The position numbers and the translations under genes are program-made. The notes beneath the pieces were generated by a model. It did not search any database. It was not told where the DNA came from and saw only the letters and a program-made list of their open reading frames with translations. From a virus (lineage: Duplodnaviria; Caudoviricetes), in IMG/VR virus record IMGVR_UViG_3300050331_000115, positions 1 through 61,963 of that record: a stretch of DNA of 61,963 nt. One strand, given 5' to 3'. The stretch's first letter is position 1. Every line of letters begins with the position of its first letter. Positions 57,220 through 61,963 of this stretch are shown one piece after another.

Positions 57220-57446
57220 CCACTGACCCCAAATCCATCCGCCCGGCCCGTGGGTTGTGGGCGGCGGTGCGACCGGCGAACCGGGGTGGGCACTACATCG
57301 ACCACCGCACCCTCTCCTACACCGCCCGTGACGCCCGCAACTACGCGGCCGAGTACATCCCCGGCGGCTGGCCATACCTCCGCAAGCGCGGCTGGCGGAT
57401 CGCCCATGTTGACGTGATCCCGAGCGAGGAGAAGGCCGGTGACTGA
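57216..57446 (+). CDS. Hypothetical protein
   Basis: ATGA-coupled. Confidence 0.55.
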   Translation: MTTDPKSIRPARGLWAAVRPANRGGHYIDHRTLSYTARDARNYAAEYIPGGWPYLRKRGWRIAHVDVIPSEEKAGD

Positions 57447-57804
57447 CAAGCGCGAACTGCTCGAAAGGGTGAAGGCGGCCCACGGGCCGGATCGGGAGTT
57501 GGACTGGCGCATCGCTGAGCATTTCGCCATCCCCGAGACGTGGAAGCACTCGTCCCTTTGGCCGCCGTTCATGGAAGGGTCGAAGTTCGATCTCTCAATC
57601 CCGGTATTTACCGGCTCCATCGACGCCGCTTGCGCCTTCGCTGAGAAGCTCCTGCCGGGCGAATGGCTCGGGATCATGGCGCGCGCAATCGAAGACGTTA
57701 AGCAACGCGCGACCCGCTCGTTCGAGTTTGACCTAGCGGCCCTCCCCCTCGCCATCATCGCCGCCACCCTCACAGCCCACACCCAGGAGACGACCAATGA
57801 CTGA
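57439..57804 (+). CDS. Hypothetical protein
   Basis: GPDRELD...FTGSIDAA motif. Confidence 0.65.
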   Translation: MTDKRELLERVKAAHGPDRELDWRIAEHFAIPETWKHSSLWPPFMEGSKFDLSIPVFTGSIDAACAFAEKLLPGEWLGIMARAIEDVKQRATRSFEFDLAALPLAIIAATLTAHTQETTND

Positions 57805-58612
57805 GACACTGACAGTGGAGCGGATCGAGGAGATCGAGCGCGGCCTCGAAGGCGTGACGCCGGGGCCGTGGGAGTTCGTGCCTGCTGGGAATAGACCTGT
57901 GGTGCAGAAGGCTGGCGCGTTTCCACACGGGTTCATCTGCAACATTGAGAGCCAACACTTCATCGAAGACGCCGCTCACATCGCCCGCCTCGACCCTGCC
58001 ACCATTCGCGCCCTTTGCACCCTCGCCCGCACGGCTCTTGCCGCAAGGGAGGGGGTACAGGTCAAGCCGCTGGAGTGGGGAAAGACCAGTTACGGCGCAC
58101 CAGAAGTGCACACCGTCGTGGGGATTTACCGTATCAACGAAGCCATCAACGGTGGTTGGGCGGCTGTCGCAAGGGGCGGCGTACTTCGGGGCGGCGACGG
58201 AAGAACGAATTTCGCCACCCTCGATTCCGCCAAAGCCGCCGCGCAGGCCGACTACGACTCTTGCATCCGCTCCGCGCTGACCCCCGCCCCCGCAATGGAG
58301 GGGGAGGCGGTGGCGTGGCAGATGAGGCCGCCGCTTGAAGATGGCCGTCCTAGCTGGCCATGGAACCGCTGGCGGGAATGCACAGAGGCGCTGGCGGCTG
58401 ACATGCGGCAACGGGGCTGGTCTGTACGCCCCCTCTACGCCCACCCTGCCCCCGACCGTGATGCGGTGGAGGCGCTGGAGAAGCTGGAAAAGGCGCGTGA
58501 CCTGTTCGGCGATATACGCGGCGACTTCTCCGACCCGCGCAGCGAGTGCCGCGAAGGCATGGAGTTGATCGCCGCCGCCCTCCGCACCCTCAAGGGAGAA
58601 CAGAATGACTGA
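57797..58612 (+). CDS. Mosaic hypothetical protein
   Basis: TPGPW, VKPLEW, AKAAAQADY, RPLYAHP modules. Confidence 0.7.
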   Translation: MTETLTVERIEEIERGLEGVTPGPWEFVPAGNRPVVQKAGAFPHGFICNIESQHFIEDAAHIARLDPATIRALCTLARTALAAREGVQVKPLEWGKTSYGAPEVHTVVGIYRINEAINGGWAAVARGGVLRGGDGRTNFATLDSAKAAAQADYDSCIRSALTPAPAMEGEAVAWQMRPPLEDGRPSWPWNRWRECTEALAADMRQRGWSVRPLYAHPAPDRDAVEALEKLEKARDLFGDIRGDFSDPRSECREGMELIAAALRTLKGEQND

Positions 58613-59030
58613 CCAGCAGATCAAGCACATGGTCGACCGCTTCCTAACATGGAGGCTGCCAGCCGATTTCGACCCGGACGGCGGCATCAGCTTCGAGCCC
58701 ACCTACAAGGGCATCAACAACATCCCCATCAAACGCGAGCCGGTCGGGACCAACCTGCTGACCGCAGCACAGGCCGAGGCGATGGTCCGCCATATGCTCG
58801 ACGGGCTTCCGACCGCCGCTCCCCAGCCTGCCCCTGTGGTGGGGGAGGTCGAGGCAGCGGTGCTGGCGGAACGGGAGCGCATCGCATCCGCGCTCGACGC
58901 TGAGGCTGAGACAACGCCTGACCCCGAGGATGCAAAGGTCGTGCGCGACTGCGCGCTGCTGGTCCGGGCCGACTTCTCCTACGATGGGGCCGAATCCCTC
59001 GCCGCCGCTCTCGCTGGGGAGGGGAAGTAG
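58605..59030 (+). CDS. Hypothetical protein
   Basis: MVDRFLTWRLP...GTNLL. Confidence 0.7.
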   Translation: MTDQQIKHMVDRFLTWRLPADFDPDGGISFEPTYKGINNIPIKREPVGTNLLTAAQAEAMVRHMLDGLPTAAPQPAPVVGEVEAAVLAERERIASALDAEAETTPDPEDAKVVRDCALLVRADFSYDGAESLAAALAGEGK

Positions 59031-59222
59031 ATGGGCGAACCAATCACCCTGCGGTGCTCGCACTGCGGCAACACCCAGCAATATGACCGCTCCGTTGACC
59101 CAGACCTACCGCCGGAGGTCGCCGTGATCGTCACCAACGAGTGCGACAAATGCGAGGCAGCAAACGGCGGCTTCGGAGAAGAGCACTGGTACGACGTAGA
59201 AGGCAAGGAGGTTGTTCCATGA
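59031..59222 (+). CDS. Small Zn-ribbon protein
   Basis: CSHC...CDKC. Confidence 0.6.
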   Translation: MGEPITLRCSHCGNTQQYDRSVDPDLPPEVAVIVTNECDKCEAANGGFGEEHWYDVEGKEVVP

Positions 59223-59833
59223 CCCACGACAAGGCACTAGAGGCGGCGGCGCGAGCGCTGTGTGACCCGGACAAGTGCGTTGCGGCGAATGAGCCGGATC
59301 GCGGCCGATGCACTGCGGAAAACTGCAACAGCGTCATCGCCGCCCAAAAGGCCATCACCGCCTATCTCTCCGCCATATCCGGGGAGCACGGGGATCTGGT
59401 GAAGCGGCTGCGTGGACATAGCTGCGGTTGCGGTGGAGCATGTGGGCAACAAACGCCCGCCTTCATATCCGAAGCCGCCGCCGCCCTCTCCGCAGCAGAT
59501 GCAGAGATAGAGAGGCTGCGGTTTCAGCTAGAGATAGAATCTGACGCTGCGAATAATTACTGCGAAGTGTGCGGAAGTTGCGGTTCTGAAGGTTGCGGGT
59601 GTGAGAGCAAATGCAAATTTGCCTTGTCTCATCCCGACGCCATCAAGGTGGTTGACGACCTGACCTCCCGCGCCGAAGCCGCCGAGGCCAAGGTGGCGGA
59701 CCTACTAGGGGCGATTGGGCCGTTCGCGAACATGCTTCCTGACAGCCAAGAGCCGAAGGATGCGTTGCAGCGAAAACTGCAAGAGTGGTGCCACCGCGCC
59801 CGCGCCGCCGCTATCCGGGCAAGGGAGGAGTAG
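59219..59833 (+). CDS. Cys-rich hypothetical protein
   Basis: Several Cys clusters; ATGA-coupled. Confidence 0.6.
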   Translation: MTHDKALEAAARALCDPDKCVAANEPDRGRCTAENCNSVIAAQKAITAYLSAISGEHGDLVKRLRGHSCGCGGACGQQTPAFISEAAAALSAADAEIERLRFQLEIESDAANNYCEVCGSCGSEGCGCESKCKFALSHPDAIKVVDDLTSRAEAAEAKVADLLGAIGPFANMLPDSQEPKDALQRKLQEWCHRARAAAIRAREE

Positions 59834-60118
59834 ATGAAGCTGACGAAAGAGGGAACATCGTTTGCTGATGTGATCCGGGCAGCTATCCCGGATGCCGACA
59901 CAGATGTTTGCGAGCACGTCCTATGGGGACGCACGCCGTATCCATTTGGACGTGTTTCAGCGAGGTCGCTGTTTAAGGCCGCTTCCGGTTGGCGTCGTGC
60001 CTGCGACAAGAAACAGGTGCTCTGCGATCATTGCGACAACCTCGCAGTGCCGGGAGAATTCGCGTGTCGGCGATGCGCGGATGCTCTCTGCGCCGCTCTC
60101 ACCAAGGTGAAGCCATGA
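59834..60118 (+). CDS. Zn-finger hypothetical protein
   Basis: LWGRTPYPF, CDHC...CRRC. Confidence 0.65.
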   Translation: MKLTKEGTSFADVIRAAIPDADTDVCEHVLWGRTPYPFGRVSARSLFKAASGWRRACDKKQVLCDHCDNLAVPGEFACRRCADALCAALTKVKP

Positions 60119-60288
60119 GCGGGGAGAGGTACTTTGGTCCGTTCCATGGTGTCTATTGGGAGCTACGGCGGGTGTGGTTCTGGCAAGCGCGCGATCTGGA
60201 ATTGCAGGGCTGGGTCGTACCGTTCGGACACCCCCTCAAGGTCAGGACGCCAATTCTCCGTCCGATGCCGGAAGGGTTCAAGCCATGA
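60115..60288 (+). CDS. Small hypothetical protein
   Basis: ATGA-coupled on both sides. Confidence 0.5.
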   Translation: MSGERYFGPFHGVYWELRRVWFWQARDLELQGWVVPFGHPLKVRTPILRPMPEGFKP

Positions 60289-60389
60289 CCCGCCAAGGCC
60301 GCTTCTTCGCCATTGGCTTTGCCATCATCCTCGCCCTCACCATTGGCGAGGCTGTGCTGGATCTGTTCGGATGGGGGATGGTGGGGTGA
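60285..60389 (+). CDS. Small membrane peptide
   Basis: Single TM segment, coupled. Confidence 0.4.
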   Translation: MTRQGRFFAIGFAIILALTIGEAVLDLFGWGMVG

Positions 60390-60478
60390 GTGCACACGAA
60401 AGCAAGGAACTGCTGGCGCTCATCAGCCGCGCCAGAGAGATCGCCGAGACCGTTGGACCGCTCCGGAAGGGAGGCGGC

Positions 60479-60727
60479 ATGAACCATGCAAATGATAACT
60501 ACCCACCCGTCCTCACGCGCTCTCAGGCGGCCGCCATGTGCCAACTGACTCCAGCCGGCTTTGATGTGTGGGTCAGGAAGCGTATCGTGCCGGCGGCGAT
60601 AGAGGGCACCCGCCGGTGGAGCCGCGACGCAATACTGCGAGCCCTGTCCGGCGCCGACGCCATCGGCGTAGATGCGGCGCTGTCGCCGTTCGAGCAGTGG
60701 GAAGCAGAGAATGCACGCACGGCTTAA
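60479..60727 (+). CDS. xis: Excisionase-like winged HTH
   Basis: LTRSQAAAMC...TRRWSRDAI; overlaps integrase start; begins MNHANDNY (in-frame GTG at 60386 is an alternative start). Confidence 0.75.
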   Translation: MNHANDNYPPVLTRSQAAAMCQLTPAGFDVWVRKRIVPAAIEGTRRWSRDAILRALSGADAIGVDAALSPFEQWEAENARTA

Positions 60728-61784
60728 AGGGATCCACACCGTCAAGCGCCAGGTCGCCGACGGCACGGTCAAGGTCCACTACTATCACCGTGCGAGCGGA
60801 ACAGCGCTGCAAGGCAAGCCTGGGTCTGCCGCGTTCGTCGCGTCACTCGCTGCCGCAGAGGCGGCGATGAAGTCGCGCGACGACGGCACACTGTCCGGGC
60901 TCATCCGCGCATTTGAAAAGACAACGAAGTGGCGCAAGCTCGCCGAGAGCACCAAGATCGAGTACCGCAGGATATTCAAATTCTGGGACGGCAAGTTCGG
61001 CACCGTGCCGCTTCGCGCGCTAGCCGACAAGACATTCCGCAAGCGCGTGCTCGAGTGGCACGACGACTTCTCTGCAGACAAGCCACGCGAGGCCGACAAC
61101 CGCGTGACGATCCTAGCACGTGTGTTGTCGTGGGCGGCGAGCGACGGCGACCTCGAGACCAACGTGCTGGACTCGTTCGACCGCGCCTACGCTGGCGACA
61201 GGTCCGACATGATCTGGTTTCCGGAACACGTCGAGGCGTTCATGTCGGCGGCCGAGCCGGAGATGCAGTTGGCGATGGTGCTTGCCCTCCACACCGGGCA
61301 GCGCCAAGCCGACATCCGCAAACTGGCGTGGACGCAGTATGACGGCGCCACCATCGGGCTACGGCAGGGCAAGACTGGGCGCGACGTGCGAGTGCCATGC
61401 ACCGCTGCGCTCAAGGCAACGTTGGATGCGGCGCCCCGCCGCGGCCTGCTGATCCTTCTGACCAAGACTGGCAAGGCGTTCCAGAAGCGGTACTTCGCCG
61501 AGCGGTGGGACGCTATCTACACCAAAGCAAAATTGCCAGGCGTAGCCAACGACGAGGCTGGTATCGCCGCCGATCCATCGAAGCGGCTTCACTTCCACGA
61601 CATCCGCGGCACCACGGTCACCATGCTGTTCGAGGCCGGCTGCACGGTCGCCGAGGTGGCATCGATCACCGGGCACAGCCTACGGCGAGCTCAGGAGATT
61701 CTTGACAAGTATCTGTCACGCACGAGCGGTATGGCCAAGAGCGCGATCGCGAAGTTTGAAGCCGGCATGGCGGGGAGGGAATGA
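60711..61784 (+). CDS. int: Tyrosine integrase
   Basis: TGQRQAD, KTG, FHDIR, TGHS, KY catalytic residues. Confidence 0.95.
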   Translation: MHARLKGIHTVKRQVADGTVKVHYYHRASGTALQGKPGSAAFVASLAAAEAAMKSRDDGTLSGLIRAFEKTTKWRKLAESTKIEYRRIFKFWDGKFGTVPLRALADKTFRKRVLEWHDDFSADKPREADNRVTILARVLSWAASDGDLETNVLDSFDRAYAGDRSDMIWFPEHVEAFMSAAEPEMQLAMVLALHTGQRQADIRKLAWTQYDGATIGLRQGKTGRDVRVPCTAALKATLDAAPRRGLLILLTKTGKAFQKRYFAERWDAIYTKAKLPGVANDEAGIAADPSKRLHFHDIRGTTVTMLFEAGCTVAEVASITGHSLRRAQEILDKYLSRTSGMAKSAIAKFEAGMAGRE

Positions 61785-61914
61785 TGGCGAGGGTGGATGA
61801 CCTGTCGGACGCCAAGGCGTTCCTATGCGCGGTTGGGTGCTCGCCGGCCGTTGACTGGCAGGTAAGACTACTCGTTGAGGCGGCCAAGATGCGTGAACCT
61901 TCCGGCAACAAACT

Positions 61915-61934
61915 CTGTAAACGCCCTGTAAACG
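61915..61934. repeat. Direct repeat CTGTAAACG x2, possible integrase arm-type sites
   Basis: 11-bp period, just downstream of int. Confidence 0.5.
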
Positions 61935-61963
61935 GTCCCCACACCGTCTCCTACGCGCCCTAA

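Larger units (their letters stand above)
1..61963. mobile_element. Temperate siphophage/prophage with HK97-type head, probably alphaproteobacterial host
   Basis: Terminase, portal, protease, capsid, tail, lysis, replication, CI and xis-int modules all present; GcrA-like and DUF6456-like genes point to Alphaproteobacteria. Confidence 0.95.

Noticed and set aside
1-61963. Genome-wide TAG recoding or a suppressor tRNA
   Set aside because: TAG ends many intact genes (tail tube, tape measure, distal tail, tail tip) right before the next start; I found no tRNA by eye, and a tRNAscan run would settle it.
61781-61963. 60-aa ORF after the integrase
   Set aside because: Runs through the probable att arm-site region and has no motif; may be spurious despite the start/stop overlap.

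Overview
The window is an apparently complete or near-complete ~62 kb temperate siphophage, probably a prophage of a high-GC alphaproteobacterial (Rhizobiales-like) host. It starts and ends on gene boundaries, and no att core is visible. Gene order: RNA-repair module (Pnk + Rnl1, +); nucleotide-metabolism and lysis genes (-); a sulfotransferase moron (+); tail, HK97-type head and packaging genes (-); late-control region; a putative cos site near 33.05 kb; a ~5 kb island of small genes with ArdA; a replication/recombination/methylation operon (-); CI; an early rightward operon ending in xis-int. Main unexplained signals: (1) the peptide (A)ANDN, which starts the alphaproteobacterial tmRNA/ssrA tag, occurs 11 times in 10 unrelated proteins with different codons, sometimes as a full C-terminal tag mimic; (2) (CCA)n tracts sit beside the ribosome-binding site of more than 20 genes, on the mRNA-sense strand; (3) the ArdA island shares an 18-bp operator with a small HTH gene and is bounded by palindrome-rich DNA and a tandem ~43-bp repeat; (4) the RNA ligase and the C5 methyltransferase each carry one in-frame TAG; (5) a ~390-nt run of stem-loops lies in the late leader. 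All product calls come from motif recognition by eye; no database search was run.
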